Source: an uncultured delta proteobacterium (GTDB lineage: Bacteria > Myxococcota > Myxococcia > Myxococcales > Myxococcaceae). Taken from it: a stretch of DNA of 64,000 nt. The notes beneath the pieces were generated by a model. The model made no database searches. It was not told the DNA's origin and saw only the letters and a program-made list of their open reading frames with translations. How positions within the stretch are numbered: the stretch's first letter is position 1; every line of letters starts with the position of its first letter. This document shows positions 34,599-42,193 of the stretch, one piece after another. Location: NCBI GenBank assembly GCA_963796055.1, contig CAWCKH010000004.1, positions 2,560,001 through 2,624,000 on the forward strand. Reading direction: 5' to 3'. Both the position numbers and the translations under genes were made by a program.

Positions 34599-35672
34599 CT
34601 AGAGCGCCGAGACCCGCGTCCCGCCGGTCATCATCTGCCGCATCCCGGGCTCGAAGAAGTGGTAGGGGTGCACGGTCTCGGGGCGGGTCACCTCGTCGAG
34701 CTTCCTGCGGAGCGGCTCGGGCAGCTCGAAGGAGAGCGCGGCGAGGTTGTCCTCGAGCTGGGACGGCTTGCTCGCCCCGATGATGGTCGAGGCCACCCCG
34801 GGACGGTGCGCGACCCAGTTCAGCGCCACCTGCGCCGGCGACCGCCCGACCTCGGCCGCCACCGCCACCAGCACGTCGACGATCTGCCAGTTCCGCTCGG
34901 TGAAGAGCTTCAGAAAGCCGGGGTTCCCGGACTGCTGCACGGCTCCGAGCCGGCCCTGGCCCTCGAGCGACCGGTCGCGCCGGTACTTGCCACTGAGCAT
35001 CCCGCTCGCCAGCGGGCTCCACGGGCAGATGCCCACTCCGAGGGCGAGCGCCGCCGGCACGTGCTCGCGCTCGATGTTGCGCTCCACCAGCGAGTACTCC
35101 AGCTGCAGCGCGCAGACCGGCTCCCAGCCGCGGAACTCGGCGATGGTCTGGGCGCGGGCCAGGTACCAGGCCGGCACGTCGGAGAAGCCCACCGCCCGGA
35201 TCTTCCCCGCGCGCACCAGGGCGTCGAGCGTGGACAGCACCTCCTCCATCGGGGTCAGCCCGTCCCAGGCATGCATCCAGTACAGGTCGATGCAGTCGGT
35301 CTGGAGCCGCCGGAGCGAGGCATCGAGCGCGCGGTGGATGTTCTTCCGACCGTTTCCACCGGCGTTGGGGTTCCCCGGCTCGGCGCCAAAGGTGAACTTC
35401 GTCGCCAGCACCACCCGGTCCCGGTTCCCCCGGTCGCGGATGAACTTCCCCACCAGCGTCTCGCTCGTCCCCCCGGTGTAGCCGTCCGCGGTGTCGACGA
35501 AGTTCCCGCCCGCGTCGAGGTAGCGGTCGAAGATCTCCCGGGCCGCCGACTCCGGCGACCCCCAGCCCCACTCGGTGCCGAAGGTCATCGTTCCGAGGCA
35601 GAGGCGGGAGACGCGCAGGCCACTGCGGCCGAGGAGCACGTAGTCGTCGAGGCGGGGAGCAGCGTCGGGCAT
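34599..35672 (-). CDS. Aldo/keto reductase
   Basis: LGRSGLRVSRLCLGTMTFG, DTADGY, LATK, IDLYWMH, WSPLASG. Confidence 0.93.
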   Translation of the reverse strand: MPDAAPRLDDYVLLGRSGLRVSRLCLGTMTFGTEWGWGSPESAAREIFDRYLDAGGNFVDTADGYTGGTSETLVGKFIRDRGNRDRVVLATKFTFGAEPGNPNAGGNGRKNIHRALDASLRRLQTDCIDLYWMHAWDGLTPMEEVLSTLDALVRAGKIRAVGFSDVPAWYLARAQTIAEFRGWEPVCALQLEYSLVERNIEREHVPAALALGVGICPWSPLASGMLSGKYRRDRSLEGQGRLGAVQQSGNPGFLKLFTERNWQIVDVLVAVAAEVGRSPAQVALNWVAHRPGVASTIIGASKPSQLEDNLAALSFELPEPLRRKLDEVTRPETVHPYHFFEPGMRQMMTGGTRVSAL

Positions 35673-35728
35673 GGCGAACCTCCAGCGGGAAGCCCTCCCG
35701 GCATAACGCGGCCCGGGGCCGCGCAGCA

Positions 35729-37354
35729 TCACTTCGTCGGCTTGGCGGCCGGTTCGTCCTCGACCAGCCGGAACTCGACCCGGCGGTTCTTCGCCCGTCC
35801 GAGCGCGGTGGCGTTGTCGGCGATCGGCCGCTCGAAGCCGTAGCCGGCGCTGAGCAGCCGCTTGCGGGCGATGCCATGCTGGACCAGGTACTCGACCACC
35901 GAGGCGGCGCGCCGGCGCGAGAGGTCGAGGTTGTACGGCGCCGTCCCGCGGTTGTCGGTGTGCCCCTCGACCTGCACGTGCTTCAGCTGCGGGTTCTTGG
36001 AGAGAACGCCCACCACCTCGTCGAGCAGCGGGAAGGACTCGGGCTTGATGATCGCCTTGTCGGTGTCGAAGTGGACGCTGCCGCGCAGCCGGACGCGATC
36101 CGACTCCAGCGTCACCAGCGGACCGGTCACCGGACAGCCGTCGTTCTCGGCCGGGCCGGGCTGATCGGGGCACTTGTCCTCGGGGTCGGGGATGCCGTCC
36201 AGGTCGCGGTCGGGGCATCCGTCGAGCTCCATGGTGCCCGGCTCGCGCGGGCAGCGATCGTCGACGTTGGGGATGCCGTCCTTGTCCCAGTCCAGGTCGG
36301 GGCAGCCGTCGGGTCCGTCGCCGGGCTCGTCCGGGCAGCGGTCCCGCTCGTCCGGCACCCCGTCGTGGTCGCGGTCCTTGAGCGGCACCGGCGGCGGCTC
36401 GGGCTCGACCTCGTAGCGCACCGAGGCGAGCATCCGGAACGCCTCGCGGCCGTAGCCGGCGGTGCTGGCCACGCCCCGCCCCACGGCGACCTCCCCGCCC
36501 CAGTGCTTGCCGAACAGCGTGCGCGCCCCGAGGAGCCACTCCCAGGGCGTGGTGGCGGAGGCGCTGGTGGTCCCGACGTTGCTGGCGAACGGCTGGGAGA
36601 GCGGGGTGGAGAAGGTGGTCTCGACGATGAGCTCGGGTCGCCGGAAGACGCTGCCGGTGGGCAGGGTCCAGATGACGGCGCCGCCGCCGGTGAGCTCGTT
36701 CTCGACGATGAGCTGGAGGAAGCGGGCGGTGGTCCGGTATCGGAGCCCGAGGTTGAGCAGCAGGCGTACCGGGCCGAAGGCGTGCTCGAGGTTGGCCCGC
36801 GGCGCGAAGATGAAGTCCCGTCCGCCGAGGAAGCTGTCGGCGCTCCCGGTGGGGAAGCGCAGCTCGGGGACGATGGCGACGTCGACGGGCCACTTCCAGC
36901 TCGCCGGGGTGAAGAGACGGGGGACGAGGCGGATGTCCCCGAGGCCGCCCGAGACTGGTGTGGACACCGGAGGCCCGAACGCGCCGGCGATGGCCTCGAA
37001 GTTGTCGCCCTGGGCAAAGGTGACCTGGAAGTCGCCGCCAAGCTCGAGGAACGGGAGCAGCGTCCAGGCGCCGAGCAGGTGCCCGTCCACTCGCCAGGGG
37101 ATGAAGTTGCCCTTCTTCTGGTCTCCGTCCCGGTAGGCGAGGATCTGCACGTTCCAGTCCAGGAGCAGCTCAGCGTGCCAGCTGCCGGCCGGGGCCGCCC
37201 GCGCGCCCTCCACGACGAAGGCCGACAGCGACAGCGGACTTGCCTTCTGGGGTACGGCGTCGAACCCGCGCACGAAGGGATCCGGCAGCTGGGCAGCCGC
37301 GGGCGCCGCCAGCAGGATGGCGACGAGTCCGGCCGTGAGCGCGGCGCCCCTCAT
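35729..37354 (-). CDS. Outer-membrane protein: beta-barrel + thrombospondin type-3 repeats + OmpA domain
   Basis: Signal peptide; DRDHDGVPDERDRCP-type repeats; VEGHTD, NLDLSRRRA, NRRVEF. Confidence 0.88.
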   Translation of the reverse strand: MRGAALTAGLVAILLAAPAAAQLPDPFVRGFDAVPQKASPLSLSAFVVEGARAAPAGSWHAELLLDWNVQILAYRDGDQKKGNFIPWRVDGHLLGAWTLLPFLELGGDFQVTFAQGDNFEAIAGAFGPPVSTPVSGGLGDIRLVPRLFTPASWKWPVDVAIVPELRFPTGSADSFLGGRDFIFAPRANLEHAFGPVRLLLNLGLRYRTTARFLQLIVENELTGGGAVIWTLPTGSVFRRPELIVETTFSTPLSQPFASNVGTTSASATTPWEWLLGARTLFGKHWGGEVAVGRGVASTAGYGREAFRMLASVRYEVEPEPPPVPLKDRDHDGVPDERDRCPDEPGDGPDGCPDLDWDKDGIPNVDDRCPREPGTMELDGCPDRDLDGIPDPEDKCPDQPGPAENDGCPVTGPLVTLESDRVRLRGSVHFDTDKAIIKPESFPLLDEVVGVLSKNPQLKHVQVEGHTDNRGTAPYNLDLSRRRAASVVEYLVQHGIARKRLLSAGYGFERPIADNATALGRAKNRRVEFRLVEDEPAAKPTK

Positions 37355-37455
37355 TCCAGCCAAGGGTTACCGCAACTCGACGCACTTCCCGAAAAAACGG
37401 CCACTTGCTTGGTGGGCGTGACACCCACCTCCGGTTGACCCCGGCAGGCCAGCGG

Positions 37456-39189
37456 TTAGTGTGAATGCTGCTGAAGGGGGCGCCCTGGTTTCGACGGGGG
37501 CACAGAAGCCCTTGGACGCGTGCCGAGTGGGCCTGACACTCGTAAATCACGAAGGCAACGACACAAAAGCCAACGACAACGTTGAGCTCGCGCTGGCTGC
37601 TTAAACAGTCCTAGTGCGCGGTCATCCGGGTCTCCGCCCGTGGGCTCGGGAATGACCGTCAGAATGCGGGCTGGCCGTCCGGGAGGGCCCGGACCCTGGA
37701 CGGCGAGACTGTTCCGGGATGGGGTAGATGGAAGGGTGTCCGTGCCCGTCCTCCGCCCGACTCCAAATCGCGGACTACGCACGTAGGGTCTCGGGGTGGA
37801 AGGCTTCCGGACGCGGGTTCGATTCCCGCCGCCTCCATGGTTGTTTTTCGCGTGAAGCCCTCGAAACTCCTCGAGGTCGGTCACCTGCGCGGTCGACTGT
37901 AGTACGGGCTGTAGTAAGAGCTCGACGTTCGCCTCGGGCGCGGTTGGGCTCGGCAGTCGTGCCAGCGGTGGTGTCGGGGCGTCCTCCAAGGCCAGGAGCA
38001 GGACAGTGCTGCAGAGCGATGGCCAGGTGGCGCTGAAGTACCCCCCGCGCGCGTCGCTGTGCTCAGGCGGACCGTGGGTAATCCAGTCGAGGAAGCGCTC
38101 CTGTGCCCCCCTTGCCAGGCAGAGGGTGCGAAACGTCCGGCGGGTGTCGTGGAAGCGGCGGCGACGGACGCCGAGCCGGTCCGAGTCCTCGTGGAAGCGC
38201 TTGAGGGCCTGGCTCGTCGTGCGGTGCTTGGCCTCGCGCGACGGGATGAGCAGGTCCGCCTCGGTGGGGTCTCGGCCGAGCATCCGCTTCCAACCCTGAG
38301 CCCGCCACTCGGCGAGGAGCGCCGCGAGTCGCGGGTGGACCGGGACGTCGCGCGGGTTTTCGGTCTTCACTTCCTTCACCCCGTGCGCCTTGGTGTCGTA
38401 CGAGTAGCCCACCAGGAGCCTGCCCAAGGGCTTCATGGTTGACTGGTAGGCGCTCCAGGTGAGCGCGGAGAGCTCTCCGAATCGCATCCCGGTGAAGAAG
38501 GCCAGCGCGTAGAGGACGCGGCGGTCCTCTGGAATGCGGGTGTCTTCCAAGAAAGCCCGCACCTCGTGGGGCTCGAAGAACGCCGTCTTGCGCCAGAGCG
38601 GATCCTTGTCGCGCTTCTTGGGGAGGAGTCCCGTCTTCCTGCGGAAGGTGCAGGGGTTGGCAGCGACCAGCCCTTCCTCCTCGGCGGCGAAGAACAGGCT
38701 CTTCAACGTGTTGTACACGTGGCGGACGGTTCTCGGGGCGAGCTCGTGCCGCCCGGGGCCGACCCGGTGCTTGAGCTGGATGAGAAGCTCTCGCACGTGG
38801 CTCGACTGGACCTCGGTGAGCCTGAGAGTGCCGAGCAGCGGGAGCACGTGCTTGGACAGCCGGCTCGCCTCGTCGTCGACGGACCGGATGCCCTCGGCGC
38901 GCCGCCCCTCAATCCAGCGCTCGAAGTAGCCGCCCACCGTCAGCTCGGAGGGGCGGAGCCGCGGAAGGCCTCGGGCTCGCACCTTCACCTGCTCCAGGAG
39001 CCGGCGCGCTTCTGCCTCCTGACCAATGGGAAGCCCTGTGGCCGAGTACGTCCAGCGTCCATCAGGCGCCTTGAAGCCAATCCACAGCTTCTGCCCCCTG
39101 CGGTAGACGGTGCCCTTCGCGGTCCTCGTTATCGGTGCACCCCCACTACAGCCGCCGCCTGTCGACGACACGGCGCTGGATGATGTCAC
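37456..39189 (-). CDS. Tyrosine integrase; att site inside the ORF, integrated-state C-terminus read antisense through ssrA (start uncertain)
   Basis: GMRFGEL (R), VKTE (K), FHDTRR (HxxR), THG, GGY (Y); ORF crosses attL in frame (NHGGGGNR). Confidence 0.9.
   Translation of the reverse strand: MTSSSAVSSTGGGCSGGAPITRTAKGTVYRRGQKLWIGFKAPDGRWTYSATGLPIGQEAEARRLLEQVKVRARGLPRLRPSELTVGGYFERWIEGRRAEGIRSVDDEASRLSKHVLPLLGTLRLTEVQSSHVRELLIQLKHRVGPGRHELAPRTVRHVYNTLKSLFFAAEEEGLVAANPCTFRRKTGLLPKKRDKDPLWRKTAFFEPHEVRAFLEDTRIPEDRRVLYALAFFTGMRFGELSALTWSAYQSTMKPLGRLLVGYSYDTKAHGVKEVKTENPRDVPVHPRLAALLAEWRAQGWKRMLGRDPTEADLLIPSREAKHRTTSQALKRFHEDSDRLGVRRRRFHDTRRTFRTLCLARGAQERFLDWITHGPPEHSDARGGYFSATWPSLCSTVLLLALEDAPTPPLARLPSPTAPEANVELLLQPVLQSTAQVTDLEEFRGLHAKNNHGGGGNRTRVRKPSTPRPYVRSPRFGVGRRTGTDTLPSTPSRNSLAVQGPGPPGRPARILTVIPEPTGGDPDDRALGLFKQPARAQRCRWLLCRCLRDLRVSGPLGTRPRASVPPSKPGRPLQQHSH
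37476..37837 (+). ncRNA. ssrA: tmRNA; tag peptide ANDNVELALAA* at 37569-37604
   Basis: 5' GGGGGCG...TTTCGAC; 3' T-arm/acceptor GGTTCGATTCCCGCCGCCTCCA; typical tag ORF ending LAA-TAA. Confidence 0.95.
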
Positions 39190-39505
39190 GGGCCCGTTCC
39201 TCGGTCGTCCTCACAGAGCGCCCGTCGGAGCTCACGGTGAGGAGCAGTTGTTCCAGCTCACGTCGGACGACACGGCGCGTGCGCCGCACGCCGGAGATTC
39301 TGAGGAGGCCTCGGTTCGCCCAGCGGCCGAGCGTGGATTTCGAGACGCCCGCCAGCGCCGCCGCGTCGTCGAGAGACAGCAGTTGGAGCGGGTCGGGTGG
39401 GGTCGTCCGAAGCGCGAGCTCCTCTCGCACCACCTGCCGCATCCGCTCCAGGACGAGCTGAAGGGCGAGCTGGACGGCATCCTCGCTGGGCGGGGCCGGC
39501 GTCAT
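39146..39505 (-). CDS. Excisionase-like HTH protein
   Basis: LLSLDDAAALAGVSKSTLGRWANRGLL (MerR/HTH_17-like); immediately upstream of int. Confidence 0.75.
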   Translation of the reverse strand: MTPAPPSEDAVQLALQLVLERMRQVVREELALRTTPPDPLQLLSLDDAAALAGVSKSTLGRWANRGLLRISGVRRTRRVVRRELEQLLLTVSSDGRSVRTTEERARDIIQRRVVDRRRL

Positions 39506-39609
39506 CGAGGCTAGGAACCTTATTGAGACTCACATGAGACTAACAAAAGACCCGAGCGGCGACAAGGTGGCCCATCGAACGCTGCCGACAGGGGTGAGCC
39601 GGGCGGAGG

Positions 39610-39966
39610 TCAACGCCTGCCTGGCCTGGGGTGAGCGGCGGTCGTCGGGCGAGAGAGCCCGGGGCTCTTGCCCTGCCTGCGCGCACTGGAGGCCAGCTCC
39701 TCGTAGCGCCTATGCAGGAGCACCTGCAGGTACTCGAGGATGTTGAGACGCTGGGCGGCGGCGTCCCGCTTGAGCAGTTCGACGACGTAGGCCGGCAGCC
39801 GGAACCACGTGCGGAGCTGGGAGATGACTTCCCGGACCGCCTCGGCATTGTAGGGGAAGCCGAGGGCGGGACGGAGAACCTCCTGGACGAAGTGGGCGTC
39901 CTCGGGGGGAACCTTGACGTTCAGCTGACGCATCTCCTGGTCTGCAGGCATCGGTGTCTTGGCCAT
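39610..39966 (-). CDS. Putative ribbon-helix-helix DNA-binding protein
   Basis: RQLNVKVPPEDAHFV and TWFRLPAYVVELLKRDAAAQRLNILEYLQVLL resemble RHH beta-strand/helix patterns. Confidence 0.5.
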   Translation of the reverse strand: MAKTPMPADQEMRQLNVKVPPEDAHFVQEVLRPALGFPYNAEAVREVISQLRTWFRLPAYVVELLKRDAAAQRLNILEYLQVLLHRRYEELASSARRQGKSPGLSRPTTAAHPRPGRR

Positions 39967-40159
39967 GAGCAAGAGCATCGCACAAGAGTCCAACATGGGA
40001 TGCACTTAAAACTCGACCGAGGGGTGGCAACGGAGCTCCAGCTCGCGCCTCCCGCCGCGGACCAGGGGCCAGCGGCGTCGTGCCCGGTGGCCTTCTCCGT
40101 CGTCGCTCCGAGTCCCAGCTCGACCAACTTAACTGGCTCCACTGGCGGACAGTCAGCCC

Positions 40160-40275
40160 TGCTCACCCATCTCGCGACTCCGCAGTCACTACCCCGCCGG
40201 CCTTCGGTCACCCATCCCGCGGCTCTGCTGTCACCTATGTCCCCGGTCTGATCTGTCACCCATGTATCCGGTCCG
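40160..40275 (+). repeat. Iteron-like degenerate direct repeats (TCAC(C/T) core, x5)
   Basis: TCAC at 40163, 40186, 40208, 40231, 40256 (spacing 23, 22, 23, 25); consensus GTCACCCAT. Confidence 0.55.
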
Positions 40276-40370
40276 TACCGTCCGTACCCTCGCCCGCCCA
40301 TTCTCCAACTCATACACTCCTTCCCATCTCCTCTTTGCCTTCACACTCATCCGGACTCCACTGATGAGGT

Positions 40371-40519
40371 CTCTTCGCCCTCGCCCACCCCGTCGAATTT
40401 CAGGGGTACCCCCAAGTTTCCCGTCCACGCCCTCATCTCATCGTTGCGAGGGCGTGGACGGGAAACGCAGGGGGACTCCCGATGATGCAGCCGAACCGGG
40501 GTGGGCGAGGGCGGAAGGG
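40371..40519. repeat. Long nested inverted repeat (hairpin)
   Basis: 19-bp perfect inner stem 40416-40434/40448-40466; 15-bp perfect outer stem 40377-40391/40498-40512. Confidence 0.85.
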
Positions 40520-41195
40520 CGCGACATGCCGGACGACGGCTGCTCGAATCCGCCCTGCATCCCGCCCGGGAAGCGGCCCGACAATGCGCCCGATCCAGGA
40601 GCGTCTTGTGGAGCGTATTTCCGAGCGCATTCGAGAGCCATTTCGAGTTCGAAGATGGCGGTCCCGCAATCGATTGCGGGAGCTGGTTTTCAGCGTTCCA
40701 GGGCCTGGAGCAGCGTCCGGAGCTTCCCGGCAACTACGCTGCGCTCGCTGTGACCTCCGCCTTGGGGAGTGACGGAAACGGTCAGACGCCCCCGTCGGGG
40801 CACCGACGCGGTGACCGGCACCTTCACCCTCCTAGGTCTCACCGTGCAGACCGATGCGCTGACCGAGTTCAAGGACTTCCACGGCGACCCATCGATCTCC
40901 AGCACCTCGACGGGCCGGTCGCCGTACGCCGCGCGCTGGGCCGGGCCGGGACGTTGGTGATCGCCTCGCGACTGAGCGAACCGACGACACCCGGATCGAG
41001 ATTCGGGGACCCGCCTCGTCGAAGGATGCGGCCGCGCTCCGCCTGGTCCTCCTGGGGATGCAGGTGAACACGTCCGGAGCGGAATTCGAGGGGTCAAGGA
41101 ACGAGCAGCAAGCCATTTCGGAACCTCGTCACCTCGCTTGCTTCATGCGACCGCACGAACTCCAGTCAGTCGCGAACGGGCCTGGTCTACTCCGT

Positions 41196-41331
41196 AACTA
41201 CGGCGCCCCGCGGGCGGGCGCCGTAGTTGCAGAGCCGCTCGAGGCCGACGACGTCATTCTCGTGAAGCCAGGTGTCGGCGTGGAGCGAGAAGCCCTCGAT
41301 GAAGGCGCGGGGGTGGCCCCGCGGGCGGGCG
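41196..41331 (-). pseudogene. Short IS91/ISCR-type transposase fragment
   Basis: Encodes GFSLHADTWLHENDVVGLERLCNYGA; near-identical to ~50027-50108. Confidence 0.7.
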
Positions 41332-41470
41332 AGGCGGACGCAGCCCGCTCAAAAGGACCGGTGACGATCACCGCGACCAAGGGAACGGTGGCTGGAACGG
41401 CGAGGAGCCGCCCGCTCAGAACGCGGGTTCGCAGTCCGCAACCAGGGCGAGGCCGGGGCAGCCCTGGACG

Positions 41471-41646
41471 CTAGACCCTGGCCCACGAGACGGTGGGGAC
41501 CTGCGCCGAGGCGCTCTGAACGTAGCTGCCATAGAGCGCGCCGGACCCACCGACACCGACCAGAAAGAGGACGATGCCGGCGACGATGAGGCCGAGGCCC
41601 CGGTTCTTGACCGACGACGAGAAGAGCGAAGGGGTGAGGGTGGACA
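41471..41646 (-). CDS. Small single-TM protein (MSTLTPSLFSSSVKNRGLGLIVAGIVLFL...)
   Basis: AAGGAGG Shine-Dalgarno before ATG; hydrophobic helix. Confidence 0.55.
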
Positions 41647-41899
41647 TAACGGCCTCCTTTCGGGTGGCCCCGGGGAGAAGTCCTCGTTGCCAGCCCGCCC
41701 GCCCCTCCTGCATCACCGGGACCACTCGCAAGTCACCGGAAATGCAGAGAAGCCCTCGGGCCGGAGTGACCGGCCGTGCAACACGCTGCATTGAAGCGTG
41801 TCGCGCCGTGCTGCAGGGGCGAAGCCGGTCAGTGGCCGGGACACTCCGAGCCGCCGTGCAGTCCGACGATGGAAGGCGGAGAGCGCCCGGACGAAGAGC

Positions 41900-42065
41900 C
41901 CCAGCACGACAAGTGGTTCAAGAGCGTGAAGCGGGCGACGCTGATGCTCCAGCAGCCGGCGTACCACGCCCAGGCGCGGCACGGGTACCTGCGGGCACCG
42001 AGCCGGTCCGGTACGTCTCGGAGATCCAGACCCGCTACGAGAACTACCTCAAGCTCGTGCCCTGA
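41900..42065 (+). pseudogene. 3' fragment of an MltF-like lytic transglycosylase
   Basis: DKWFKSVKRATLMLQQPAYHAQARHGYLR, frameshift, then GTEPVRYVSEIQTRY. Confidence 0.55.
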
Positions 42066-42193
42066 GCCTGAGCGGCGCAACTGTCATTGGACCCGCTGAT
42101 GAGCGTCATCAGCTGCCATCCTCGCTGTCCGTGGCTCGGCGATTGGCAGAGCTCGGTGGGTCGTTGGAGGACTAAGTTACCCTCCAGCAAGGG

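Noticed and set aside
35729..37354. traB (outer-membrane exchange)
   Set aside because: The architecture is similar, but no traA-like gene is adjacent and this OmpA/TSP3 layout is common in myxobacteria.
40160..40275. CRISPR array
   Set aside because: Units are only ~23 bp in total, degenerate, lack unique 30-40 bp spacers, and there are no cas genes.
40361..40466. Hammerhead ribozyme (CTGATGAG ... GAAA)
   Set aside because: No stem II closes between CUGAUGA and a YGAAA, and the GAAA is buried in the 19-bp stem.
40349..40535. Retron msr/msd
   Set aside because: The hairpin is suggestive, but no reverse transcriptase ORF is visible in the window.
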